From an uncultured Bacilli bacterium (GTDB lineage Bacteria > Bacillota_I > Bacilli_A > RF39 > UBA660), in assembly GCA_934155645.1 (NCBI GenBank), contig CAKPHC010000005.1, positions 75,819-139,818 of the forward strand: a stretch of 64,000 bases of DNA, in the 5' to 3' direction. The position numbers and the translations under genes are program-made. The notes below the pieces were generated by a model, which was not told where the DNA came from, made no database searches, and saw only the letters and a program-made list of their open reading frames with translations. Positions 17,920 through 27,988 of the stretch are shown here, one piece after another. How positions within the stretch are numbered: position 1 is the first letter of the stretch; each line of letters starts with the position of its first letter.

Positions 17920-20226
17920 ATGTTTTCAAAATTTACAGAAGAAGCAAGAAAAGTATTAATAGGTGCTAAAAAAGAGATGAGTGAATTAAGACACCCTTAT
18001 GTTGGAAGTGAACATTTATTGTTATCAATCTTGAAAAATAAAAATAGCAATATAGCTAAAAAATTAAAAAAATATAATCTAGACTATGAGGGATTCAAAA
18101 AAGAAATCATTTCAATTATTGGCAAAGGAACAGAAGAAATAGAATGGTACTTATACACACCACTACTAAAAAAGGTTATCGAAGATGCAATGATTGAAGC
18201 TAGAAATCAAAATATAGATGTATCCCCAGAACTATTGCTTTCTTCATTAATTCAAGAAGGAGAAGGTATAGCAATTAGAATTATGCTTTCGATGAATATA
18301 GATTTGGATAGTATATTAACAGATTTCTGTGCAAAAAACATTTCAAAAAAATCAAAAGTAAAAAAGAAACTAATGATTGATGAATATGGGTATGATATGA
18401 CTAAGAAAGCTTTACAGGAAGAATTAGACCCAGTTGTAGGTCGCGATAAAGAAATACAAAGGTTAATTGAAATCTTATGTAGACGAACTAAAAATAATCC
18501 TCTTTTGATAGGTGATGCTGGAGTAGGAAAAACAGCAATAGTAGAAGAATTATCAAGAAGAATAACGACTAATAATGTACCAATTCAATTAAGAAATAAG
18601 AGAATAGTATCGATTTCAATGTCCAGTTTAGTTGCAGGTACTAAATATAGAGGAGAATTTGAAGAGAGAATAACTAAAATGCTAAAAGAATTAGAGCAAG
18701 ATAATAATGTAATTATTTTTATTGATGAAATGCATACCTTAGTTGGTGCTGGCGGAGCGGAAGGTGCTATTGATGCATCAAATATATTAAAACCCATTTT
18801 AGCTCGTGGAAAATTAAAAATAATTGGTGCAACTACTACTGAAGAGTATAAAAAGTTCATTGAAGAAGATAGAGCGTTAGATAGACGATTTCAAACTATA
18901 ATAATAGATGAACCAACCATTTCCAAAACAAAAGAAATATTGTATCAATTAAAACCTATATATGAAAGCTTTCATAATGTATCCATTTCTAATGAGATTA
19001 TAGATATGATTGTAGAACTTTCTAATAAATATATTTATAATCGAAAACAACCAGATAAATCGATTGATATTTTAGATGAAGTTTGTTCCAAAGTATCAAT
19101 TTCCAAAGATAAAAAAGATATTAATTTACAAACTTTAAATAAAGAGTTGCTAGAATTAATTGAAAAGAAAAATATAGCAATCGTTAATCAAAATTTTATC
19201 GAAGCATCCAAAATTAGAAGAAAAGAAAAAGAGATAGAAGATAAAATCAATAGAATTGAAAATAAATTAATGGGAAAAACTAATCCTAAATTGATTTTAA
19301 AAGAGGATATTTATGAAGTGGTTAATATAAAAGCTAAAATACCAGTATATGAATTATCTAATCAAAACGAAAAAGAAGTAATTAAATTAAAAGAAAAATT
19401 ATCAAAAAAAGTTATTGGACAAGGAAAAGCGGTAACTGAACTATATCAAATTTCTAAACGAATTAAATTAGGTTTCAAGGATTCTAATAAACCAATATCC
19501 CTTCTTTTTGTTGGACCAACCGGTGTAGGTAAAACACTATTGGTAAAAGAATTTGCCAAGGAATTTATTGGTGACAACAACTTAATAACATTGGATATGA
19601 GTGAATACCGTGAGGAACATACTATAAGTAAAATAATAGGATCTCCGCCAGGTTATGTAGGGTATTCAAATAAAAATACGGTAATAGAAGAAATAAGAAA
19701 CAAACCATATTCGGTTATTTTGGTCGATGAAATAGAGAAAGCTCATCCATCTGTAATTAATTTGTTCCTTCAAATTTTAGATGAAGGCAAGTTAAAAGAT
19801 TCAACTGGCAATGTGACTCGCTTTGACCATAATATAATAATTATGACTTCTAATATTGGGTTCAACAAAACTACAATTGGATTTAGCAATAACGAAGAAG
19901 ATGTCGTAAATGAAAAACTAAAAGATTACTTAAGTCCAGAGATTATTAATAGAATAGATGAAGTAGTAGTTTTCAACAGATTAACAAAAATAGACTTAGA
20001 AACAATATTAAAAATGAAGATTAAAGAGATAAAATCAAAATTCAAAGAAAAGGGAATAAGTATTAATGTTGGACCAAAAGTAATAGAAGAAATAATAGAA
20101 GAAAGTAAATACGAGCAGTATGGCGCTAGAAAAGTGGATAAGATAATAAAAAGAAAAATAGATGACTTGATTATTGACAGTCTATTACAAGGAAAAACTA
20201 AGTTAAATATTCAGACGATACATTGA
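17920..20226 (+). CDS. clpC: ATP-dependent Clp protease ATP-binding subunit ClpC-like (two AAA+ domains)
   Basis: Clp_N repeats. Walker A motifs GDAGVGKT and GPTGVGKT, with a coiled-coil middle region. The start is placed at the ATG 6 nt after AAAGGAG, not the upstream ATG at 17905. Confidence 0.85.
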   Translation: MFSKFTEEARKVLIGAKKEMSELRHPYVGSEHLLLSILKNKNSNIAKKLKKYNLDYEGFKKEIISIIGKGTEEIEWYLYTPLLKKVIEDAMIEARNQNIDVSPELLLSSLIQEGEGIAIRIMLSMNIDLDSILTDFCAKNISKKSKVKKKLMIDEYGYDMTKKALQEELDPVVGRDKEIQRLIEILCRRTKNNPLLIGDAGVGKTAIVEELSRRITTNNVPIQLRNKRIVSISMSSLVAGTKYRGEFEERITKMLKELEQDNNVIIFIDEMHTLVGAGGAEGAIDASNILKPILARGKLKIIGATTTEEYKKFIEEDRALDRRFQTIIIDEPTISKTKEILYQLKPIYESFHNVSISNEIIDMIVELSNKYIYNRKQPDKSIDILDEVCSKVSISKDKKDINLQTLNKELLELIEKKNIAIVNQNFIEASKIRRKEKEIEDKINRIENKLMGKTNPKLILKEDIYEVVNIKAKIPVYELSNQNEKEVIKLKEKLSKKVIGQGKAVTELYQISKRIKLGFKDSNKPISLLFVGPTGVGKTLLVKEFAKEFIGDNNLITLDMSEYREEHTISKIIGSPPGYVGYSNKNTVIEEIRNKPYSVILVDEIEKAHPSVINLFLQILDEGKLKDSTGNVTRFDHNIIIMTSNIGFNKTTIGFSNNEEDVVNEKLKDYLSPEIINRIDEVVVFNRLTKIDLETILKMKIKEIKSKFKEKGISINVGPKVIEEIIEESKYEQYGARKVDKIIKRKIDDLIIDSLLQGKTKLNIQTIH

Positions 20227-20280
20227 TTGTATCGCTTTTTTTTGTTATAATCATTCTAGAATAAAGACAAGGAGCAAATT

Positions 20281-21370
20281 ATGGATTTTAACGAACTAAA
20301 AAAATGTTTAGAAATAAATCAAAAAAAGATTGAAGACTTGTGGAGGTCACTTTGACATTGAATCAATCAATATAAAAATTAAAAGTTTAGAACATGAAAT
20401 AACCAAAGATGGATTTTGGAATGATAAAAACAATGCTGAAAAAGTAATAGATGAGCTTAATTCTTTAAAGCAAATTTCGAATTCAATTACTGATGTCAAA
20501 AAACGCATTTTAGACAATATTGATATTCTTTCATCCATTAATGACGATAAAGAAATGCTATTAATGTTGGAGGAGGAAGTAATAAGTATAAATAAAGAGG
20601 TTGCAAAGCTTGAAATAAATTTGTTGTTGAATGAACCTTATGATAAGAATAACTGTATTTTAGAAATACACTCGGGTGCTGGAGGTACAGAAGCTTGTGA
20701 TTGGGCTAATATGCTTTACAGGATGTACCTAAGATGGTGTGAAAAAAAGAGATACTCTGTCGAAGTCTTGGATTTGCAAGAGGGCGAAGAAGTAGGTATC
20801 AAAAGTGTATATTTACTAGTAAAGGGTAAAAATAGTTATGGATATTTAAAAAATGAAAAAGGAATTCATAGATTAGTAAGATTATCACCATTTGATGCGA
20901 ATAATAAAAGACATACCTCATTCGCTTCTGTTGATGTGGTGCCAGAGTTTGATAATACTGTAGATATTGAAATAGATGAAAAAGATTTAAAAATAGACGT
21001 ATATCGTTCGAGTGGTGCTGGCGGACAACATGTAAACACCACTGATAGTGCAGTAAGAATTACTCATCTTCCAACTAAAACGGTGGTAACTTGTCAAAGT
21101 CAAAGAAGTCAAATCCAAAATAGAGAAAAAGCGATGCAGATGTTAAAAAGTAAACTTAAGATTATGGAAATAGAGAAGAAAAATGATGAGTTAGCGACTC
21201 TTCGTGGTGAACAAAAAAATATAGAATTTGGTTCACAAATAAGAAGTTATGTAATGCATCCATATTCAATGGTTAAAGACCACAGAACTAATTGTGAAAC
21301 AAGTAATGTTGAAAAGGTTCTAGATGGAGACATTGATATGTTTATAGAAGCAAATTTAAAAAGGAGATAA
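20281..21370 (+). CDS. prfB: peptide chain release factor 2, with programmed +1 ribosomal frameshift (join 20281..20352, 20354..21370)
   Basis: Frame-0 ORF MDFNELKKCLEINQKKIEDLWRSL ends at CTT TGA C, preceded by the internal SD GGAGG. This is the canonical RF2 shift site. The +1 frame continues …DIESINIK… and carries the SPF and GGQ motifs. Confidence 0.85.
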
Positions 21371-21374
21371 TATA

Positions 21375-22238
21375 ATGGATAAGGAAGTAATTAGTAAAAA
21401 AGTTAACTTTAAGTTGCAAACCAAAAGATATTTGCAATTAATATTAGGGGTATTTATTTTAGCACTTTCATTTAATATATTCATATTACCAAATAATTTT
21501 GTGTATGGAAGTATAAGTGGTTTATCAATTGTAACTCAAAAACTATTTGGAATAGAACCTTCTTCTTTTATTATGATTGTATCCATTTTATTATTAGTAG
21601 TAAGTTACTTTGTACTAGGAAAAGAAAAAACTGCTGCTTCAATATTGGGTTCTATATTATATCCTATTGCAGTTAAGTTACTAAGTAATGTTAGATTATA
21701 TATAGATTTTGATTCTTCACAATTATTGCTATCAGCAATATTTGGTGGAATAGCATCAGGATTAGGAGCTGGATTAGTATACAAAGCAGGTTTTACCACA
21801 GGTGGAACTGATATTATTGAACAAATCATGTCTAAATACTTAAAGATGAGTATGGGTAAAGCAATAATACTATGCGATGGAATAATCTTGTTATGTGGTA
21901 CTATTTTCTTTGGAATAAATAACTTTATGTATGCACTAATTGTTCTTTATCTTATTAGTACATTAGCAGACAGAGTTCTACTTGGAATATCTGATTCAAA
22001 GGCATTTTATATTGTGACTGAAGAAGATAAACAAGTAAAGGATTTTGTGTTAAATGGATTGAGTCACGGAGTAACTATTTTTGAAGCAAGAGGTGGATAT
22101 GAAAATAAGAAACAAAAAGTACTATTCTGCGTTGTACCAACTAAAGAGTATTTTAAGCTAAAAGAAGGCATCAAAAACATAGATTCAAAAGCATTCTTTG
22201 TGGTTACCGATGCCTATGAGGTTTATGGCGGTGAGTAG
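21375..22238 (+). CDS. YitT family membrane protein (DUF161 + DUF2179)
   Basis: …LQLILGVFILALSFNIFILPNNFVYGSISGLS… is a typical YitT N-terminus. C-terminal DUF2179-like soluble domain. Confidence 0.65.
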   Translation: MDKEVISKKVNFKLQTKRYLQLILGVFILALSFNIFILPNNFVYGSISGLSIVTQKLFGIEPSSFIMIVSILLLVVSYFVLGKEKTAASILGSILYPIAVKLLSNVRLYIDFDSSQLLLSAIFGGIASGLGAGLVYKAGFTTGGTDIIEQIMSKYLKMSMGKAIILCDGIILLCGTIFFGINNFMYALIVLYLISTLADRVLLGISDSKAFYIVTEEDKQVKDFVLNGLSHGVTIFEARGGYENKKQKVLFCVVPTKEYFKLKEGIKNIDSKAFFVVTDAYEVYGGE

Positions 22239-22239
22239 C

Positions 22240-23100
22240 ATGTTTGAAAAATTAATAGATTACTGTCAAAGAAAAAATGTGCTTAAAAGATATTCATACT
22301 TATTTCTTGCTCTTTTTGTTTCTTCAATTTGCTATAATCTTTTAGTATATCCGTCTAAAATAGTAGCGGGTGGTACAAGTGGATTATCTATATTAATTGA
22401 ACATGCTTTTAATATTACACCATCATATTTTATATTGTTATTTTCTGTTGCAATTTTGATTATTGCAATGTTTGTTTTAGGATTTGAAAAAACAGCGGGC
22501 TCAATAATAGCATCACTAGCTTATCCATTTTTTATTGATATAACTTCTGGTATAACAACCATCGTTGCCATCAACAATACTGATATGCTTTTGATTAGCT
22601 TATATATAGGAGTAATATCAGGATGGAGCAGTGGAATGATTTATAAAATGGGCTTTAGTAACGGAGGTATGTCATTAATTGTACAAATGCTACACGAAAA
22701 ATGCCACATAGCAGCCGGTAAATGCAGTTTTTTAATAAACATGATAATAGTTGTTCTAGGTGGTCTTATATTTGGAATAAATAATTTAATGTACGCGATA
22801 ATAGTGCTATTTGTAAGTGGAATTATTACAGATAAGGTTATGCTCGGAATATCTAATAATAAAATGTTTTATATAATTACTTCAAAAAATGATGAAGTTA
22901 AAAATTATTTATTAAATGAAATGGGTAAAGGTGTAACTGAATTTAAAGTTACAAGCGGATATAAAGGAGACAATCGTGAAGCTTTAATGACAGTGGTACC
23001 AACTAAAGAGTATTTTCGAATTACCGAAGGAATAAAAAAAATAGATACTAATGTCTTTTTTGTTGTTGCAGATTCATATCAAACATCTGTCAATGCCTAA
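22240..23100 (+). CDS. YitT family membrane protein (second tandem paralog)
   Basis: Same architecture as the upstream gene. The start is placed at MFEKL (ATG 22240) directly after the upstream stop. Confidence 0.65.
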   Translation: MFEKLIDYCQRKNVLKRYSYLFLALFVSSICYNLLVYPSKIVAGGTSGLSILIEHAFNITPSYFILLFSVAILIIAMFVLGFEKTAGSIIASLAYPFFIDITSGITTIVAINNTDMLLISLYIGVISGWSSGMIYKMGFSNGGMSLIVQMLHEKCHIAAGKCSFLINMIIVVLGGLIFGINNLMYAIIVLFVSGIITDKVMLGISNNKMFYIITSKNDEVKNYLLNEMGKGVTEFKVTSGYKGDNREALMTVVPTKEYFRITEGIKKIDTNVFFVVADSYQTSVNA

Positions 23101-23168
23101 AATTTCCAATGAAAATTGTCGAATTTATGGTATAATATAATCGTATCAACAATAAGAAGGAGGTAAAG

Positions 23169-23867
23169 ATGGAGTTAATTAATATTAAACATGTTAATAA
23201 AGTCTATAAAAACGGTGTTACTGCGATATATGATTTATCGTTAAAAATAAAAAAAGGCGACTTTGTATTCGTTATAGGCGGTTCTGGAAGTGGTAAGTCT
23301 ACATTAATTAAAATGTTATACAGAGAAGAAAGACCAACTTCCGGAGAAATAATGCTAGGGGGATTAAATGTTGCTAAATTAAGAAATAGTAAAGTTTATA
23401 AATTAAGAAGAAAATTAGGAATAGTATTCCAAGACTATAGATTGTTACCTAAACTAACAGTTTATGAAAATGTTGCTTTTGCACTAGAAGTAATTGGTGC
23501 TAAAAAAGAGGAAATTAAAAGAAAGACTTTAAAAGCTATTGATTTGGTGGGGTTAAAGTCAAAAATAAGAACTTATCCTACAGAATTGTCAGGCGGAGAA
23601 CAACAACGTGTAGCAATAGCAAGAGCAATTGTTAACAATCCAAAACTTTTAATTTGTGATGAACCTACAGGTAATCTTGACCCAGATATGAGTAGAGAAA
23701 TAGTTAAAGTTCTAGATACAATTAATAAAGAAATGGGTACTACAATAATTATGGCCACGCATGATAGAGAAATTGTTAATGAAATGAAAAAACACGTTAT
23801 TGCTTTAAAGGATGGTAGGTTAGTAAAAGACTTTGAGAAAGGAACGTACGATAATGAAATTGTTTAG
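23169..23867 (+). CDS. ftsE: cell division ATP-binding protein FtsE
   Basis: ABC ATPase motifs: Walker A GGSGSGKST, LSGGEQQR and Walker B LLICDEPT. Confidence 0.9.
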   Translation: MELINIKHVNKVYKNGVTAIYDLSLKIKKGDFVFVIGGSGSGKSTLIKMLYREERPTSGEIMLGGLNVAKLRNSKVYKLRRKLGIVFQDYRLLPKLTVYENVAFALEVIGAKKEEIKRKTLKAIDLVGLKSKIRTYPTELSGGEQQRVAIARAIVNNPKLLICDEPTGNLDPDMSREIVKVLDTINKEMGTTIIMATHDREIVNEMKKHVIALKDGRLVKDFEKGTYDNEIV

Positions 23868-24753
23868 AATGTTTGGAAGAAATATACGTGATGCTTTCAA
23901 AAGCGTAGCAAGAAATTTTTCTTTATCTATCGCTTCCATTTCTTGTATAAGCATTACATTAATAGTTGTTGGTCTAGCGCTAATATTATCGTTCAATGTT
24001 GATAATTTTGCTAGAACAATTAAAAATGACGTCACAGTTGTAGTATTTATGAGTCAAGATACAACTAAAGAAGAATTAGAAAGCACTAAGAAAACTATTG
24101 AAGGTTTTGACAACATAGAATCGATTAATATAAAAACCAAAGAAGAATCTAAAAACGAGATGATGAATCAATCTGAATTCTTTAAAGCTACAATGAATAC
24201 ATGGCCTGCTGAAGATAATCCATTAAGAGACAGCTACTTAATAAAAGTCAAAGAAATTGAAAATATTAAAACGACAGTAAATCAAATAAAGGAACTTAGT
24301 AAAGTAGAAGTAGTTGATTATGGAGAAGGTATTGTTGAACAACTAATAGATGCCTTTAAATTAGTTGAAAAAATAACAATTATTATAGTAGCAATCTTAA
24401 TTGTAGTTACAGTATTCCTAATTGTTAATACTATAAAGCTAACAATATTCTCACGTAAAAGAGAAATATCTATCATGAGATTAGTAGGAGCAAGTAATTT
24501 AAATATTAAAGTTCCATTTGTAATTGAAGGAATGCTAATAGGAACATTAGGTTCTATAATTCCAATAATTGTAATAATGTATGGATATGTAGCGTTCTAT
24601 GATAAATTCAATGGAGAATTATTCTCACCATTAATTAAACTAATTACACCAGAACCATTTATATATTTAATTTCTGGAGTAGTAATATTAATTGGTATAT
24701 TTGTTGGTATGCTTGGAAGTAGTAAAGCGGTAAGGAAATATTTAAAAGTATGA
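23854..24753 (+). CDS. ftsX: cell division permease-like protein FtsX
   Basis: Four TMs with a large extracellular loop, downstream of ftsE. The ATG at 23854 is preferred over the upstream TTG at 23833. Confidence 0.8.
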   Translation: MKLFRMFGRNIRDAFKSVARNFSLSIASISCISITLIVVGLALILSFNVDNFARTIKNDVTVVVFMSQDTTKEELESTKKTIEGFDNIESINIKTKEESKNEMMNQSEFFKATMNTWPAEDNPLRDSYLIKVKEIENIKTTVNQIKELSKVEVVDYGEGIVEQLIDAFKLVEKITIIIVAILIVVTVFLIVNTIKLTIFSRKREISIMRLVGASNLNIKVPFVIEGMLIGTLGSIIPIIVIMYGYVAFYDKFNGELFSPLIKLITPEPFIYLISGVVILIGIFVGMLGSSKAVRKYLKV

Positions 24754-25946
24754 GAAAACTAGTACAGATAGTGTTAATTATAGCAATATGTCTTGCTTTT
24801 ATTCCTTACAATACTAAGGCAATTACATTAGGTGAATATGAAGCGGTGTTGCAAAAATATATAGATCAAGCAAATGCCAACCAAGCTGCTATAAATAAAA
24901 CGGAAGCACAGATTAAAGAAACAAACAATGAAATAGCAAATATTAAAACTGAAATGACTAATTTAGCAGCAGAGATAGAAAAGTTGAATCAAGAAATCGT
25001 TGAATACAACGAAAAAATCAAAGAAAAAAGTTTACAAACCAAAGAAATATTCCAATATTTTCAAATGTCTAAAGGAGAAAATGCTAATTTAGAATATATC
25101 TTTGGTGCTGAAAGTGTAACTGATATGATTTATCGTATGGCTATCGTTGAACAAATGACTGAATATAACAATAAAGTTACTAAAGAACTTGAAGATATGA
25201 TTGAACAAAATAAGAAACGTGAAGTAGAAATCGATAATCGAAAGAACGAATTAACGACTAAGCAAAAAGAAATGGAACAAAAACTTGTATCACTAGGAAA
25301 TAGTAAACAGTCATTAACTGCTGGTGGTGCAACAATTCAAGAAGAAGTAAAAAACTATAGAGCTATCGTTAAAGCGTATAAAGATTTAGGATGTCAAAGC
25401 CACCATGTTATAGGTGTAGACTGTGCTACTTCGGGTTCGGCTGGAGTATTTAGAAGACCTATTAGTACAGGATATATAACAAGTGAATTTGGGGCACGTT
25501 GGGGTTCATTTCATAGAGGACTAGATATGAGCAACAGAGATCCTTACAATACAAAAATATACCCAGTCGCAAATGGTACTGTAAGTGCTAAATATTATGA
25601 CCTTTATGGAGCTCTTTGCGTAGCGATAATTCATTATGATGCAGCAAGTAATACATACTATACATCATTATATGTTCATTTAAATTCATGGGCACCAGAT
25701 TTATATGTAGGTAAATATGTTACATCAGATACATATATAGGTTATATGGGAAGTACTGGTTACAGTACGGGACCGCATCTACATATGGAAATAGCACCTT
25801 GTAGACTATACATTGATGGACAATGTGGTACATGGGATTCATATGTATTGTTTGTTAAAAATCAAAACAAGTACAATGGTTTTCAAGGCCCACGTCAATT
25901 AATTAATTTCCCAAGCGGTTTATATAACACTTGGCATACAAGATAG
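24750..25946 (+). CDS. coiled-coil peptidoglycan hydrolase, M23 peptidase family (EnvC/PcsB-like FtsEX partner)
   Basis: Signal peptide, then about 200 aa of heptad-rich coiled coil. C-terminal M23 motifs FHRGLD (HxxxD) and GPHLHMEI (HxH) are intact. Start-stop overlap (ATGA) with ftsX. Confidence 0.75.
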   Translation: MRKLVQIVLIIAICLAFIPYNTKAITLGEYEAVLQKYIDQANANQAAINKTEAQIKETNNEIANIKTEMTNLAAEIEKLNQEIVEYNEKIKEKSLQTKEIFQYFQMSKGENANLEYIFGAESVTDMIYRMAIVEQMTEYNNKVTKELEDMIEQNKKREVEIDNRKNELTTKQKEMEQKLVSLGNSKQSLTAGGATIQEEVKNYRAIVKAYKDLGCQSHHVIGVDCATSGSAGVFRRPISTGYITSEFGARWGSFHRGLDMSNRDPYNTKIYPVANGTVSAKYYDLYGALCVAIIHYDAASNTYYTSLYVHLNSWAPDLYVGKYVTSDTYIGYMGSTGYSTGPHLHMEIAPCRLYIDGQCGTWDSYVLFVKNQNKYNGFQGPRQLINFPSGLYNTWHTR

Positions 25947-25966
25947 GATACTTCCTATCTTTTTAT
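25941..25966 (+). terminator. rho-independent terminator
   Basis: AGATAGGA-TACT-TCCTATCTTTTT. Confidence 0.65.
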
Positions 25967-25989
25967 ATAAAATAAAATCAGTTTGAGGA

Positions 25990-26019
25990 TTGACAAACGT
26001 TTGTTTGTAGGATTATAAT
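25990..26019 (+). promoter_or_regulatory. uvrB promoter (TTGACA-18-TATAAT) with a 10-bp palindrome CAAACGTTTG in the spacer (candidate SOS/LexA-type operator)
   Basis: Read directly from the sequence. The palindrome resembles the Firmicutes Cheo box GAAC-N4-GTTC with two mismatches. Confidence 0.45.
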
Positions 26020-26038
26020 ACAATCACAGGAGGAGTTT

Positions 26039-27988
26039 ATGTTTAATTTAGTATCAAAATATAATCCAAGTGGAGATCAACCTAAAGCCATAGAAGAATT
26101 AGTGACAGGTCTAAAGAATAACAAAAAACATCAAGTTTTACTAGGGGCTACCGGTACGGGTAAGACTTTTACTATTGCTAATGTAATTAAAGAAGTTAAT
26201 AAACCAACTTTAGTTTTAGCACACAATAAAACTTTAGCAGGACAACTATATAGTGAATTAAAAGAATTATTTCCAGATAATCGAGTTGAATATTTTGTAT
26301 CTTATTATGATTACTATCAGCCAGAAGCATATGTTCCTTCAACAGATACATATATAGAAAAAGATTCATCAATAAATGATGAGATAGATGAATTGCGTCA
26401 TTCTGCAACTAGTGCTTTATTATCAAGAAAAGATGTAATAGTAGTAGCCAGTGTTTCTTGTATATATGGTATAGGTGAAGTAGAAGAATATTTAAATAAA
26501 ATGTTAACTTTAAATGTTGGAGATAGAATTGATAGAGACCAGGTATTAATGAAACTTGTTGATATGCTTTATGAAAGAAATGACATAGATTTTAAACGTG
26601 GCACTTTTAGAGTTAAAGGAGACGTTCTTGAAGTTATTCCATCTAGTGATAGAACTAACGGGATAAGAGTGGAATTTTTTGGTGATGAAATAGACCGTAT
26701 TAGTGAAATAGATCCATTAACTGGTGCGATAAAAAATAATAAGAAAACCATTTCTATTTTCCCAGCTAGTCACTTTGTAACGAGTGACGAAAAACTAAAA
26801 GCTGCAATCAAAACGATTAAAGAAGAATTAAAAGATAGATTAGAGTATTTTAAAGAAAATAATAAATTGTTGGAATACCAAAGACTTGAACAAAGAACTA
26901 ATTATGATTTAGAAATGTTAGAAGAGACAGGATTTTGTACCGGTGTAGAAAACTATTCACGACATTTAGCTGGTCGTAAAGAAGGAGAAACACCAACTAC
27001 ATTAATGGATTTCTTTCCTGATGATTATTTACTTGTAATAGATGAATCTCACGTTACTATTCCTCAAGTAAGAGGTATGTATAATGGTGATAGAGCTCGT
27101 AAAATGAATTTAGTTGAGTATGGCTTTAGATTACCAAGTGCTCTTGACAACAGACCATTAAAATTCGATGAATTCGAGAAAAAGATTAATCAAGTAATAT
27201 ATGTTTCTGCTACACCTGGAGATTATGAATTATCACTAGTTAATAACAAGTATGTGGAACAAATAATAAGACCTACTGGATTATTAGACCCGATTATTGA
27301 AGTAAGAAAAAGTGAAGGTCAAATTGATAATTTGGTTGGAGAAATAAAAGAACGTATGAAGAATAATGAAAGAGTATTGATTACTACTTTAACTATTCGT
27401 ATGGCAGAAGAATTAACCAATTATTTAAAAGATTTAGATATTAAAGTAGCTTATCTTCACACAGAAGTAAAAACTTTAGAAAGAATGCAAATAATTCGTG
27501 ATTTGCGTTTAGGAAAATATGATTGTATAGTTGGTATAAACCTATTAAGAGAAGGTATAGATATACCAGAAGTAAGTTTAATTGCAATATTAGATGCTGA
27601 TAAAGAAGGATTCTTACGTAGCAGCAGAAGTTTAATTCAAACAATAGGTAGATGTGCTAGAAATGCTCATGGCAAATGTATAATGTATGCCGACCACATG
27701 ACTGATTCAATGGATTATGCAATTAAAGAAACGGCAAGACGCAGAAGAATTCAAGAACAATATAATATTGAACATAACATTGTACCTAAAACAATCATTA
27801 AAGATATAAGAGATGTTATAAGTAATGTAGATGAAACAAAAGATAAGAAAGTTAAATTAACAAAGAAAGAAATGACTAAGACAATAGATAAGATTGAACA
27901 AGAAATGAAAGAAGCAGCGCGTAATCTTGACTTTGAAAGAGCGATGGAGTTACGTGATATATTGTTTGAAATGAAGAGTGAAGTATAA
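26039..27988 (+). CDS. uvrB: excinuclease ABC subunit B
   Basis: Helicase motifs GATGTGKTF and DESH; C-terminal UVR domain (…[11 protein letters not shown]…). Confidence 0.95.
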   Translation: MFNLVSKYNPSGDQPKAIEELVTGLKNNKKHQVLLGATGTGKTFTIANVIKEVNKPTLVLAHNKTLAGQLYSELKELFPDNRVEYFVSYYDYYQPEAYVPSTDTYIEKDSSINDEIDELRHSATSALLSRKDVIVVASVSCIYGIGEVEEYLNKMLTLNVGDRIDRDQVLMKLVDMLYERNDIDFKRGTFRVKGDVLEVIPSSDRTNGIRVEFFGDEIDRISEIDPLTGAIKNNKKTISIFPASHFVTSDEKLKAAIKTIKEELKDRLEYFKENNKLLEYQRLEQRTNYDLEMLEETGFCTGVENYSRHLAGRKEGETPTTLMDFFPDDYLLVIDESHVTIPQVRGMYNGDRARKMNLVEYGFRLPSALDNRPLKFDEFEKKINQVIYVSATPGDYELSLVNNKYVEQIIRPTGLLDPIIEVRKSEGQIDNLVGEIKERMKNNERVLITTLTIRMAEELTNYLKDLDIKVAYLHTEVKTLERMQIIRDLRLGKYDCIVGINLLREGIDIPEVSLIAILDADKEGFLRSSRSLIQTIGRCARNAHGKCIMYADHMTDSMDYAIKETARRRRIQEQYNIEHNIVPKTIIKDIRDVISNVDETKDKKVKLTKKEMTKTIDKIEQEMKEAARNLDFERAMELRDILFEMKSEV

